Shown: positions 49,086 to 62,076, counted from the stretch's first letter. The stretch is DNA of 64,000 nt from Vermamoeba vermiformis (GCA_045837725.1 JBEWZL010000300.1:434001-498000); one strand, 5' to 3'. A program made the numbers and translations. The notes: generated from the letters alone by a model not told the origin.

Positions 49086-50819
49086 ATGGGCAATTATCTC
49101 GGTGGTGGTGGAGCTCAAGGCACTTCGTTTAGGAAGTCAGAGCTATTGTTAAAACAAGATGGTGCTTTATTTGAAATTTGGAAAGGAGCCGAAGTGGATG
49201 TCAGCGGCCAAGAAAAGCCAGTGACAATATTTTATTTTGATGGTGCTCAAGCTACTCAAGAAAAGGTCGCCTTAGTAAAGAACGCCATTACTGTAAGCAT
49301 CATTTGCATCCAAGACAAAATCATTAATTTTATATTTTCTAAAATTATGTAGACCATATTAAGCAATATAATTGCGATATACATACATGTTTATAATTTC
49401 TACGCCTACTAATAATATTTTCTGGCAGCGTACAAAGCTGATCAGGATTCCTGAAACAATTACCTTTAAAAATGCCGACGAAATCAACGGTGCTTTAGTA
49501 ATTGCTACAGAATACGTAGAACCATTGTCAAAGAAACTATCGGAGCTATCAATTGACGAGAAGATTGCTGGCTTGCATAATATAGTGGTAAATAGAAATT
49601 GAATCGGATCTCAATTCATTTTGCGATTGATTCTGATTTGATTGTATTTAGAAAGCGTTAGATTTCGTACATACAAAGGCGAATCCTATTATTGAACACA
49701 GGAACGTTACCCTCAACTCCATATTTGTAAATCCGTCGGATTCCAGTACGTGCTCATTACTTCTCCGACAAAATCGACTAATAACCGTTAAATAGCTGAT
49801 TGGAAGCTCGGTGGATTTGAATTGGCTACTCCTGCAACTGAAAACGTCGGTGCAAGCGACATTAAGTACGTACAATAGTTGACTCGATCTCTGATCTCGC
49901 AGCTAATTCTTCAATAGACAATTGGCCGATCTTATTGAACAACTTGGCATTACTAAGGCCCAATCCAATTTATATGATCTCCCTGCATTCATTGCCAGCG
50001 CCAAGAGCTCTTCACCTCAATCCTGCGGTGCTTTCTTAAAGTCGAAATTCTTCAAAGAGAACAGCTTTGTCGGCATTATTTCGTACTTGAGAGATATGGT
50101 TAATAAGTCAAATGAAGAGAATACTCAATTCTTCCAGTAAGTCTCTCTAAGTACAAATGAACTTCCTGACTGATCTGATCTGTTCGCTAGTACTCTGCAA
50201 TCCAAACTTGCTGAAGTCCCGCGTGAACGACTTGTATCCAATATTTTGCCTCGTTTGAAGAAGTTCCACGTGCTAGTCGAGCCCAGCGCACAAGAATTCT
50301 TGCCTGCGTTCTTTTCAGTCCGTGGACAAGAAGCCGATGATTGTACGTGCACTCTATAAGCCCGTATATTTTTTCATGTCAACTAATCGTCAACTTTGCA
50401 GCCGTTACTGGTCTATGGACAGCAGAAGAGTTCCGAAAGTACATTGCAGAATTTGTGGCTTGGACGTTCTCACAAACCTCGCCAGAACTGAAGATCATAA
50501 TGCTGCGAAACATTCGACATTGCTTGCACACGTTCACTGCAAAGTCATTGGCTGATATTCTCAGCGAGGTAAGGAAGATCCAGCAAAACTTTCGTTCCTC
50601 TCTCCGTACCGTCCTGGACCCCAGTTTTTGCGCTCCCCGAAGCAACTGGAGGGTGCATGGTGCACTTGGTAGCACGTCCGCTTCGCATGCGGGAGGTACG
50701 GGGATCGAAGCCCTGTGCATCCAACATTTTTTTAATTTTTCTCGGTCGCCGTTTCGCTCATTTTGACGACCTGATTTGGTTCGGGCGTTCCATCAATCAA
50801 CAAAGCGAAGTGGCGCAGT

Positions 50820-50850
<31 letters not shown>

Positions 50851-52641
50851 CCAGGATCGAAACCTGGCTTCGCTAATCTTTTTTTTGCTTCCACGACCTT
50901 CTTGTCAGCTTGTTTGACCCTTTTTGTTTAGCTTGCCAACTCGCTGAGCACCTCAAGGCACAACGAGTTCGTAGACGAAGCAGCTGGTGCAATCAGTGCA
51001 ATTCTCAAACACGTTGCAGCGAACAATGGTACGTGTCACGACCGACTGTCTCCCACATATTCTTCTAACGCCCTTTTTTAGTTGTTATCGAGCCGAGGGA
51101 GACTATTAGACAAACACAATTGGCTATGATTATGTGCGCGAAAGATACCACCGATGACGACGTCAAAGCCAACATGTTACTACGCATCAGCGAGTTACTC
51201 GACAGTACTGTAAGTCACGCGTATTATTGCTATTGCTTCAGTCACTAACATCATTTCTTAGTGGCCTGAAGATAAATTGGCAGACTTGTTCTTCGCGTGC
51301 TCGTTGCCTGGCAAATCAGATCGAGTGCGCCAAGCTGGAGCTGCTTTCGCAGTCAATTTGGTCCGATCCGCTCGAGGCGAAGCGGTGTCAAAACTCTATC
51401 CAAACGTTGTGCGCACCCTCGGTTACATGATGGTTGACAAAGACAAGTATGTTTTCATCCCTTTTTACTGCTGGATTCTTACTTTGTATTCAGATCTGTG
51501 CGCGAGACCGCCTACCATTCATTGGTTCAATCTGCTAACTACGTGATGGAGCTTCTTGGTCATAACATTCAACTCCACTCTAGCAATGCTGGCGGTGATC
51601 TGTCGATAAAGAAGGTGAAACCTGCCACGAGATCATCACGCTCCTCAGTCGCGTCATCACCGCGTACTAGCGCTAGCTTTGACAAGCCCGTCGTACCTAC
51701 CAATTACACGAAATCAGTGCCAACTCAGCCTACTATTGTTAAAGAGGCACCGAAGGCTAGTTCAGCTGGTTGGGGTGACTTTGGAGGCTTCGATGAGGAT
51801 GACTTTGAGTCAAAGAAGGACAACAATGAAACAACACTTCCCGACCACTCGTTTGACTCGCAACAGTCGCTTGTCACTTCAACACCGATCAAAGTTAGCC
51901 CTGCCTACGATGAAATTCTCGTGCCGAGCAACCCACCGAAACAAGAGAAGAAGGAACCTGTTGTTGAAGAAGAAGACGAGTTCTCAATGTTCGGTTTGGC
52001 GCCTAAGATCAAAGCTGCTCCTACTCTTGTAGTCGAGAAGCCTATCTCCCCACCTCTCGCCACGAAGAAACCAGTCACTAAGGTCATTGAAGAAGAGCCA
52101 GTCCTGACGACAAGCACGAGACTGCATGGGTCTATTGTAGCTGATGAGGCTGACTTGGGGCTCGGCGAATCAGGTACGCAATCAAAGCTATTATCATCAT
52201 TGTCAGTTCTAACCTAATCTCGTAGCGTGGGGTGTTGACGACTCGATGTTGGACATTGATTTGCCAAATACTAACACTGCAACTGTCGAGTCTCCTGTCG
52301 ACACCACGAGCACTACAGCTTCTGAGACTACTCCTGCTGCCGTACCAGAGCCTACTCCTGTTGAAAGCGCTACACCTGAGCCAACTGTCGCATCTACGAA
52401 CGTGGATCCGACACCCGTTGTTGACACGCCCAAGGAGCCCGTCGTCGAACAACAAACTAGCTCGCCTGAACCTACCCGCGAACCTTCCCCACCAACGAGT
52501 GAAGCAACTTCTGAGCCCAAGACGAAAGAAACTCGACCCGCCAAAGGAAGAAAACCTGATGCAGGAAGCGCAAAGAAGAAGGCCACTAAAAAGCCTGAAG
52601 TCGCTAAGGTACAGTTGAACTTTGATTTTGATGACGAGTAA
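49086..52641 (+). CDS. SCY1-like pseudokinase with HEAT-like repeats and disordered Pro/Thr-rich tail
   Basis: N-terminal MG myristoylation-like start; KPVTIF, LVIATEYVEPL, HRNVTLNSIFV, WKLGGFELA, VRTLGYMMVDKD and GWGDF motifs. Confidence 0.8.
50651..50723 (+). tRNA. tRNA-Ala(CGC), intronic
   Basis: Acceptor GGGTGCA/TGCATCC with G3:U70, anticodon loop TTCGCAT; body nearly identical to the tRNA-Ala(AGC) at 25656. Confidence 0.93.
50804..50875 (+). tRNA. Initiator tRNA-Met(CAT), intronic
   Basis: A1:U72 pair, GGG/CCC anticodon stem, loop CCCATAA, T loop GATCGAAAC (A54/A60), downstream T-run. Confidence 0.95.
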
Positions 52642-53002
52642 GCGAGTTAATTGCATCATAGCTTGTAAATAAAGTTTCAAGATTTAGAAAAACAAAATTA
52701 AATAATTCAGCCTGCAATGTGGGAACGGCTATAATCATCGTAAATTTTCATGCGTTGAACTCGTATATAATAATATCGTACTATTAATTGGGCTATTGCT
52801 GTAATAGTTTGGTACATCCGCGTTCAGGTCTTAAACTTGCCATCGTCTACCCTTGCCATAAGATCCTTACGTGCAGGAATTAAATATTGTGTTGCGTGTT
52901 GCTAGATTAAATAATTTAGTGAAATTCAAGTTTTTCGAAACGGTCAAATTTTCGGGAGTTTTGCAACGTTTATTTTAAATTCAAACGCGAACAAGTGACA
53001 AT

Positions 53003-55307
53003 ATGAGCGACCAACCGCCAGCCGGTCCTGTCAAGGACGATAAAAAGCGCATTAAACGTGCCTCATTGAAAGTAAGAGAGTGTTTCTTGAAGCTTCTTGG
53101 TCCGATCGCAATAATAATTAATTTTACAGCAAGAAGCCTTTCAAGCAGCAATTTTGCAGGAAAAAAAGAATGGCATGACGAGACCACAAAGCGCTAGATT
53201 TTCTAATAAACCTACCGAAAGCAAGAGTGGAACATTTTCAAAAAAACAACTCAAGATCTTTACGTTGCACTACAAAGGCAAAACCTCGACTGAATCAAAG
53301 TTCTTTCAAGCTGTCGTTAAAGGAAAAATCGAAAAGGTCCAATCTGTGATTAAGGGCAATAAGGTAATCTATTTCAGCCCAATAATTTTCTGCTTCGAGA
53401 TTTCTAACGCGATCTCGCAGGTTGATATTAGCTGCAGAGATATAGACACGCACGAAACGCCACTACACGTAGCAGCATTCATCGGTCATCGAGAATTATT
53501 GGATATATTGATTCGTAAGTCTATCGAGATTTTGTAACGGTAACTTAATTTTGGAACGGTAACTTTTGATCTGATCAATCTGTCTCAGAAAGTGGAGCCG
53601 ACTTGGATGCTCGTGACTTGCTCGGCCACACAGCATTACATAAAGCAGTGATTATCGGACAAATAGAATCCATTCAGGTACGTGTTTCGTCGTTTGACAA
53701 GCGCGATCCGCATTTTTAGCCAAATATAGGCAAAAAACAGATTACTTACTTAATTATTTTGGGTTGCAATTTATTAACGTTATTTTTAGTGCCTCATTGC
53801 ACGAGGAGCCAATCCGAATGTTGTTGATAAAGAACAAAGAACGCCCGCCCATTACGCGATCAAGCACCACTTGGATGAGATCTTCAAAGATTTCGTAAGT
53901 GTCAAAATCCAATGACGTGTGATGGGACATGAAATTATAGGATGATCTTCGTTGTCCCATCTGTAAGAACAAAGACTAAATCTGATCGTAACCTAGCTAT
54001 TGAACGGCCTTGACATCAAATACACGACTGAGAACGGTAATTCTTATTTGCACGAGGCTGCTCTGTACAACAACGCTGCCGCCGCTAGCATGTTGTTGAA
54101 AGGTATGTTAAAAGGCAAATGCCGGTATTAATAGTTTGACTAACGTCATGTCAGCAGCGGGTGTGGCTATAAACCACGCTAACAATATGGGCAACACGCC
54201 CCTGCACATTGCAGCGATGTCCGGATCAGAAGAAGTTGCTGTGTTGCTTGCTGAGAGCGGAGGATTCCTTGGCATCGCTAACCGAACCGGATTCACTCGT
54301 AAGTGGCACGCGATCGAAATCTTTGATTGACGTTGGATTCTTGGCACCTATTTCTGGTTGCTAACAATTAATCTTTAGCTATCCAATTGGCCTTGAGTGC
54401 TGGCTACTCAGATCTTGTGTTCAAGCTGAAAAAGCAAGGTACGGGATCCCGAACTGTGCGAATCTTCAAAGCCAAAACTAACATTATCAGTATAGACAAG
54501 CCCACAGGTTTACGAAAGAGCAATAGAAGCAGAGAAGGGTCACCAGCAGCGAGTCCAATCGGTAAGGAAACAAGCAAAAAAGAGTTTGGCGCAAGTGATG
54601 GGGTTTCGCAGGGGTCAAGTACCCAACATGAAAAAATCCGATATGGTGTAGGCGGTTAACATTTCTGGTTTTCACCCAGGGGCCCCGGGTTCGACTCCCG
54701 GTATCGGAATTCATTTTTTGTTTTTTTTTTGCTCATCTGTTATCCTTTTGCAAAGCTGATTTGACTATGCATAACTGACCTTTTTATGTCCAGAACGACC
54801 AGATGCCATTTCGAAGTCTCGATCATCAGCTGCACTTCGTAGCCAGATCGCGTCACCAACAAAGTTCATTCACCCACCTGAACAACAGGCCTCAAACTTC
54901 CCCACACCTAATCCACAAGGCTTTAAAACACCGGAGCCAGTTAGTATGGAAGTTCGATCCAGCCGAGCCAAATCCACTTTGGATCGACCTCACAATGCAG
55001 TACAGTTATCCAACCACTCGCCGAAGCAACAACGTCGAGGCAATGATGAAGGTATGCACTATTATGACGATCATTCATTCTTATTAATAATAACCATTTT
55101 ATAGTTCCTCGTGCGCGATCCGATACGTCTGTAAACATTCCTCTGCCTGTTAACTTACCACCTCCTCCTCCTACGACTCCTCGCGGCACGCAAACAGCAC
55201 GTGCTCGCATTGAATCGGCTGCTGATTTACCTACAATGTTGCCTATGCAAGTGGTGAGCCCCCTCAGTCCAACGAATCTGCCACCACCTCCACCTCCCAT
55301 CTGTTAA
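53003..55307 (+). CDS. Ankyrin-repeat protein with proline-rich C-terminus
   Basis: ETPLHVAAFIGH, GHTALHKAV, GNSYLHEAA and GNTPLHIAAMSG; ends NLPPPPPPIC*. Confidence 0.85.
54637..54709 (+). tRNA. tRNA-Glu(TTC), intronic
   Basis: Acceptor TCCGATA/TATCGGA, anticodon arm TCTGG-TTTTCAC-CCAGG, T arm CCGGGTTCGACTCCCGG, T-run downstream; lies within intron 54562-54793. Confidence 0.95.
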
Positions 55308-55520
55308 TAATCGGACTATAATGACGACGTACAACAATTTTAATTGACTGTTGGTACGATATTTGTAGTCTTGTATTTATCTGTAATATATAGTTTATGA
55401 GCGATTTTGTTACGTAGCGGATCTTGCTTTCTTCATTATCGATTCAAATTCTTTATTTAATACAAATAATACACTATATAAGGTGTATGATAACGCGAAA
55501 GCGCGTTAGAATTGAAGTTG

Positions 55521-56226
55521 TTAATCGCCAGAGCAGCATCCAGTGCAACCGCAGCTGATGCACTCAACGACCTTGCCTTCAGAGCGCTCAGTCTTAGGAA
55601 CTCGACATACGCATGCAGTACCGAAGTTAGTGTTCTTTGGTTGAATGCATTGCAAGCAGCAGAGCTTTTCAAATCCAGGCTGGAACGAGTTTGCGTTAGA
55701 TCAGAAAAATCATAGCATAGACGATATTATTTAATATTCTAATGTTATTTGTGGATAATTACCTTCTTCCATTTTGCAATTAAATTAGCGTCTGCGATTT
55801 TTTCAGCCAAGCAGTACTCGTAAAGTTCTTTCGAGATGGCCTTCTTTTTATAATACATGTCGTAGACGTAACGACTGCGTTGATGGTGGATTCTAATAAT
55901 AGGCCATGTAGACTCATTACGGCGCTTGCCTTCATGTGGCTCGTTTTCAGCTGAACCCAAGAAAAGGTTTTTAGATTTCAGCTCGCAAGATCTATTTTTA
56001 AAAAAACTAGGCTTAACAAATATCCATGGGACACGGCACAATAAAATAGTATATGTATTATACCAATTTAATTAATTATTATTAAAATGATAGCTGCTGG
56101 ATTTGGAAAAACTTATAAACATGAGAGCTTACCATCACGCATTTTCTTATCCAATTCGTCAATAGTAGGAGCAATTAATTCCCATCCCTCTGGTGGGGTC
56201 TTCTTAGTACGACGTACTTTGGGCAT
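55521..56226 (-). CDS. BUD31: Pre-mRNA splicing factor BUD31 (G10)
   Basis: [61 protein letters not shown] and [21 protein letters not shown]. Confidence 0.97.
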
Positions 56227-56397
56227 TGTGTTGCTCGTTGTAAGGTTTATAAAATTAATCGCGCCATCTGCACGACCTGAAGCTGACAAAGTTCATTCAG
56301 GAATTGATAAGAACGAGATAATAAATCGAATGATTATCGTTATTCATGTTTCGCTGTGTTTTATTGACAGTTGTATGTACATAATTTAAATCGGATG

Positions 56398-58704
56398 TTA
56401 ATCCATTTTCTTTATGAGATCTGCCGCAATTTTTATAGCAGTGGCGATATCCGGGGCGTAGTATGCATCGAGCATTGCATCAGTACACTCAGGAATGAAC
56501 TGAGAGAGCGAAGATCTGACGCGCGAAGTTTTTCTGTAGGTGTTGTCTACGTACACAACCGGCCGACCAATCAGCGTGGCCATAATACTCGCGTGCAATC
56601 GATCAGCAATAACCACGCGACCGCGACTCAACATCATGTTGCCGATCTGCGTCCTGTACCACGTAATAGCCTCTGTTGACGGCACGAATTTGTGATACTG
56701 CAAGCGTCCAGGGTAAATATAGCCCATGTCTTGAATGACCGTCTTGTTCTTGTGCTCGAGCAATGGGAACGAGTGAATAGGAAAGTCCCACACTTCCGCA
56801 GACAGGCCGTACTTCTGCGCCAGTGCCTTGGGACTGTTTTCCGTATAATTGATCGCTACTTCACCGTCCGTGCGGAGCAAGTACAATATGTCCACGACAG
56901 GGTCTGTGTTGGGCAGTTGAGGTCCGAGCATGAAGGCCGAGTCAGGCACGAACGGAGCACGTGCGTACGTGAAATTTCCCTGCACGTACTTCTGCGATTC
57001 AAAGTCGCGAACCATCATAGTCAAGTCTTTGTGTTTGTACGCCTTCACCATCCTCGCAAGTCTGTTCGGGTCATTGTAATGCACGGACTGTGGCAGCATG
57101 ACTATAGTCGTGTCTTTGAGCGTGGCAGTAACGCGCGTTCGATAATTGTCTGAGCTGAGATAGATGTCACCAAAATTACCGCCGCCGTGCAAAAATACCA
57201 CGCCACCATCGCCCTGTCAATGACGCGTGTCAATACTAATCCATTGGCAATAAACGCAAAAATCAAAGTATCGTGTGTTAGTTATAAATTTAACTTTGTA
57301 GATCTTGTTCAAATTTGTGTGCTATGCGGATCGATTTCAGATCACTTTTTAAATCAAAGTCGTGTGCGGAGAGGGACTTACATTAGGCACATTATGCAGT
57401 GCAGAGTGCGGCAGTGGAGGTCGCCGTGGCACTTGACCATACACGCTGAACATGAGGCTTTGTCCGACGTAAATGAATGCATCGCCCAAGTTCCAGTGAT
57501 TCGGGAAGTCCAATATAGTAAAGTTTTTACCGCGATGGAAGTGCGGCATAACGAGCTCGATGTACGCAGATCTGGTCTTCTGCAAGCACTGCAGTCGATA
57601 CATATTGCGTTGAGCAGCGGGCATGTTGCGGTCATTGAAGTCTACTGTCATGTTCTTGAACGGTTTCGGTGGTTTAAAGTCACGTGCGTTGAACCAAGTC
57701 ACGTGGACGGACAAGATCAGCGTGGATGCGATCACCACCAAAGCAATGGTCCAATATGAAACAGCACTATTATGTTGTTTTTCCTTATTTGGCAAGTTCT
57801 CTGTAACGGCTAATTGATCGTCAGTTTGGCTCTTAATAGAACAATAGGCAGCCATTAATAGCACTGAAGTTGACACCAGTGTTGCGATCAGATGCGTGCC
57901 AACGAGTGTTACGAGTGCGACTGTAATAGCAGTGATAGTATGTATAATCATCTCTGTGAACTGCGTAGTAGTTTGCCGATCAGTTCTCTTGCAAATCCAC
58001 TGCGATAATGTAGCGAGGGCCCAGAACGCCAACAAAGAGTTGTCAGGAGTCACATTTTGCTTGAATAATTGCCTTTCATCTGCTGAAGTCAACATAGTAA
58101 GACAGATAACTAGGACTGCATAGCCAAATTCGGTTAAGTCGGGATTGTTTGCCGGATTTTGCTGGTTGGTACGAGTGGACAAATTCCGGGTCTCATGAGC
58201 TATAAGGACTGACGTAGCAGCTATAATGATTTCTGCGATTGATATTTGTGCGCCAAAGCTGAAGATCATGGTGCCGATAATGCCGAAAAGTAACGCTCCG
58301 AGCCGACTTCGGGATCTCGAGGAGATTACGTTTGTGATACTAAATAGTATGAGCTGTACGATATATTAGTAAGCTTGTCTCGTAAAAAATGTAATTAATT
58401 AAATGATTAAAATTAAATTATGAATTTAACTCCTTACCGTAATAACTGCGTATGAGGCCGGATTCACCTTCGAGATTGACACGTAGAACATAATTACGTC
58501 TATGGCATGGAACAATATCAATTCAAGTGACGCAGTTTGTTGTCCTTCGCCCGTCCATAGTTTGACGCCGGATGTAATAAGAGTTACGATAGAGAACGAG
58601 AGCGCCAATAACAGGGGCGTGTACGATAAATGCACGACGTAATAAATAAATAATAGGCGGCCAATATTGGCGCCCAGAAGAGCTGTTAATTTTACCGCAG
58701 GCAT
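56398..58704 (-). CDS. Polysaccharide pyruvyltransferase (Pvg1/EpsO-like) fused to an N-terminal multi-pass membrane domain
   Basis: LDFPNHWNLGDAFI, FLHGGGNFGDIY, LPQSVHY, MVRDFES, PDSAFMLG, LLRTDGE, RVVIADRLHASI and DNTYRK; ~270 aa of TM helices upstream, continuous within ORF 57349-58269. Confidence 0.85.
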
Positions 58705-58955
58705 CTGGCACAGATTCGACCTGAAAGTGTAAAATTAACCAGACAAGAACTAAATGAAGGTCTTGTGCTTCTCCTCTCGCAAATAAATATGAAAAGAGTT
58801 AATATTTAATTTTAAACGACGTCAATCACGCCAAATTTAGTCAAACGGCGGTCTGACTGAAAATTAACTTTATAAATTTAGATCTCGGCTCAGTGAACAA
58901 CAACGAGCAAAATCTAACAGAAAAGCATATATATTTCTATATGTAATACCAAAAG

Positions 58956-60876
58956 ATGTTTTCGTTTATCAAGCGAGCATGGTCCACGAGACCAAACAAA
59001 GATCAAAGCGAGAAAGAACCGAACGCGATCAGGATCGGCATTTTAGGTGCAGGTATGAGCACAAAATATATATATTAATAAGAAAGAGATTATGTTATGC
59101 TTTGAGCGAGTGTCAAAAGCAATTTAGATATTAATTTTTTTCTAGCATACCGGGAAACAGCAAACACAAATAATATTTAAAATTCATTATAATATTCAAA
59201 ATAATTAATAAATGTTTAGCGCGTATTGCGCCCAGTGCACTGATATTTCCTGCGAGATTGAATAAAGACGTAAAAATTGTCGCTGTGGCTGCAAGAGACG
59301 AACAAAAAGCTAAGAGCTTTGCAAAGAAGCATAAGTCAGTATCCCTATCATATACAATTTCGTATTTTCGAAATTAAGTAGCAGCTCTGACCTCGTCTAT
59401 TTTTTTTTTCTAGTATCCCAAAGGTCCATACTTCATATGACGATCTTATTAATGACCCAGAGGTCGATGCTATATATAATCCATTGCCTAATGGTCTGCA
59501 TTTTGAATGGACGATGAAAGCACTGGATGCGGGCAAGCACATTTTGTGCGAGAAGCCAATAGCCTCTAATGAACATGAGGCAAAACAAATGGCTGAAAAA
59601 GTATGTACCCGACAAGCACATATATGTAATTTAATATGAGTGTTTATAGTTAATTACAATAGGCTACCGAGAAGCGCAAAGTGTTGATGGAAGCGTTCCA
59701 TTACAAATACCATCCTGCAGTACAATACGTCAAGAATTTAATTGAATCCGGTCATATCGGTACGTGCGATAATAATCACGTGATTTATTGGCCCAATTTG
59801 AAATTGACACGTGTCAAACTTTGGATCCCGCAGAAATTGAATCGCGTACTATTTCGCTTACTCTGACATTAGGGACTATATTATAATGATGTTTGTTATA
59901 GGTGCTGTTAAATCTATTAGTGCCTCAATGAAATTGCCCTTGTGGCTCTACAAAGTTGAGTTTGGACCAAACGATATTCGATTCAATTACGATCTCGCTG
60001 GTATTAATACGACTAAAAAATATCTAAATTTTATCAATTTTATTCAATTGAGATATTTTTAGGCGGTATTACGATGGACGGTGGTTGTTACACGATCAAT
60101 GTGATGAGGTAACTTTGCAACGATTTATTTTAATTGAATGGACGATCTAATCAATATGTCATATTAAGATATATGATGGGCAAGGAGCCTATAGTCACTG
60201 AAGCTAAGCCAGGGCTATTAAAGCCTCAAGTCGATTACAAAATGGATTACAAACTCGACTTTGACGGTGTTGAAGGAGACGGTCACGTGGACTTTAAAGC
60301 CAATAGGTAAGACTATATATCTATCATACCTGATATACATTTACTGTATTAAGGATAATCTTTCATCGGCGACTAAATTGCAGATCCAGCGTTTAAGTCA
60401 AATTAATTTTTCCGGCCAGAAAATCATTTATTAAATACAAAATTGCCATATAATTCACTAAGCAACTTTTTTATTCGTATTTTATGGTTAACAATTGCTT
60501 AGATTGATGCCACAGCTGGATCTGGATGTGTTTGGTTCGGAAGGAAAAATCAACTTGAGCAACTTCGTCTTGCCACAAATGATGCACTCGATTACAATTA
60601 AAACTAATAGTGGTACCGAGACCAAGTCTATTTACGGCAACAACGACACTTCTTATGGCAACCAATTGAAGGCTTTTGTAAACGAGATCCGTAAAAGTGA
60701 AAAACAGCCTTATAATGAAGAGCTTAAGGTATAATAAGATATTATACATATGCTAGTACTATTATTGATATTCTTCGTAGAATTTGAGCAGTGCTGAAGA
60801 CGCTGTAAAGAACATGAAAGTGATCGACGATATTTACACTAAAGCTGGCCTGAAATTGCGAGGATTTAAAGAATAA
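58956..60876 (+). CDS. Gfo/Idh/MocA family oxidoreductase (dihydrodiol / D-xylose dehydrogenase-like)
   Basis: IRIGILGAARIA, DPEVDAIYNPLPNGLHFEW, GKHILCEKPIA, MEAFHYKYHP and GGITMDGGCY. Confidence 0.92.
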
Positions 60877-61170
60877 TTTTAATTAGACGTGCATTTTATC
60901 GGCTAATAGAAGTAATTATACCGGATCTAGGTTCGATGCAATCGAATTTTAAGGACCGTAAACTGTACTGGCAGAGATCTCTGCGTTGATAAAAACTATT
61001 ATAGAATGGTCTGGTAGATATAATATAATATTATACAGCTCTTTAGTACTACACGCAGCAATTACCTTTGACGTAATCGTAACGATGGACTTTTAATCGA
61101 TTTAATAGAGGACTAATACTATATTACAAAGCTGCAACTAATTCTCTGCGAACTATCATGAAGAGCCTAA

Positions 61171-61727
61171 TTACAATTGATTGTTGCTTTCTACCGTACT
61201 TTCTGCTTGTTGCGCGTCTGTTTCCTTGTCTTGTTGCAACAACTGTTCAGAATGATCCGCCTGAAAAAAGATCAGGTTAGAGAATTAACATCCACCATGA
61301 TATATTAAAGACTAGTAAGGTCAAATTATATAAAATAACAAAATATTTTCATTTACAACTGAAATTGAATTTCTTACCGCGGATTGACAAACTTCGTTAT
61401 CGCCGTCGACATATTCTTCGCTACTACTCTCATCTTCGACTTGTTTTTTCCTTCGCTCTTCGAAGAAATTAAATTTATTGTGCTTGTCTGGATTCGCCGC
61501 TGGTCGAAATCCGCTTCGTCCTTTTTTCGGTGCTTTTCCTCCGGCAAAATGATAATGACTCTAATAAATATTAAATTAATTATTATTAATATTTTAAATA
61601 ATTAAAATCTTACGCTAATTTGTTGTCGTCGGAGTTGATTCTTAGATGGCTTTCGCGGCGAAGTGGTCGAATAATTCATCTGTTTAACACTAGGGCTATA
61701 GCCCCAAAAATCTATTCCTTCTTGCAT
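61171..61727 (-). CDS. Small hypothetical disordered protein (3 exons)
   Basis: Canonical splicing gives an open frame MQEGIDFWGYSPSVK...GGKAPKKGRSGFRP...ESNNQL*. Confidence 0.5.
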
Positions 61728-61884
61728 TGTGACAGTTACGTATTATTCGTTAGTTCAACTAGTTGAACTAGTATTATTACAATACGGTCGTAGAAAAATC
61801 TGAGAATAAATATTATCAAGGCTGAAATAAAATTGATAAAATATCACGTGGTCGTTCTTTGTAAGTTCGATGCGTCACAACGGC

Positions 61885-61949
61885 TTCCGAGTCGAACCCG
61901 GGGCCCCTGGGTGAAAACCAGAAATGTTAACCGCCTACACCATATCGGA
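61885..61949 (-). pseudogene. tRNA-Glu(TTC) pseudogene
   Basis: Identical to the tRNA at 54637 except for loss of CCGGTATC, which removes most of the 3' T-stem and part of the acceptor stem; no T-run terminator follows. Confidence 0.88.
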
Positions 61950-62076
61950 TTTTTTCATGTTGGGTACTTGACCCCTGCGAAGTCCCATCACTTGCGTCAA
62001 ACTCTTATTTGCTTGTTTGCTTACCGATTGGACTTGCTGCTGGTGATCCTTCTCTGCTTCTATTGCTCTTTCGTAA
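61885..62076 (-). repeat. Inverted duplicate of 54510-54709 (ankyrin exon end, intron start and tRNA-Glu)
   Basis: The reverse complement aligns to 54510-54709 with 7 substitutions and one 8-nt deletion. Confidence 0.95.

Noticed and set aside
54487-54714. ORFs sharing RTRGPWVKTRNVNRLHHIGFF at 54487 and 61833
   Set aside because: Antisense translations of tRNA-Glu and its duplicate, not a protein family.
61751-61770. Perfect 20-bp palindromes (TAGTTCAACTAGTTGAACTA; also AAAAATCGGATCCGATTTTT near 44282)
   Set aside because: Isolated and AT-rich, with no TSD or family seen in the window, so no function can be supported.
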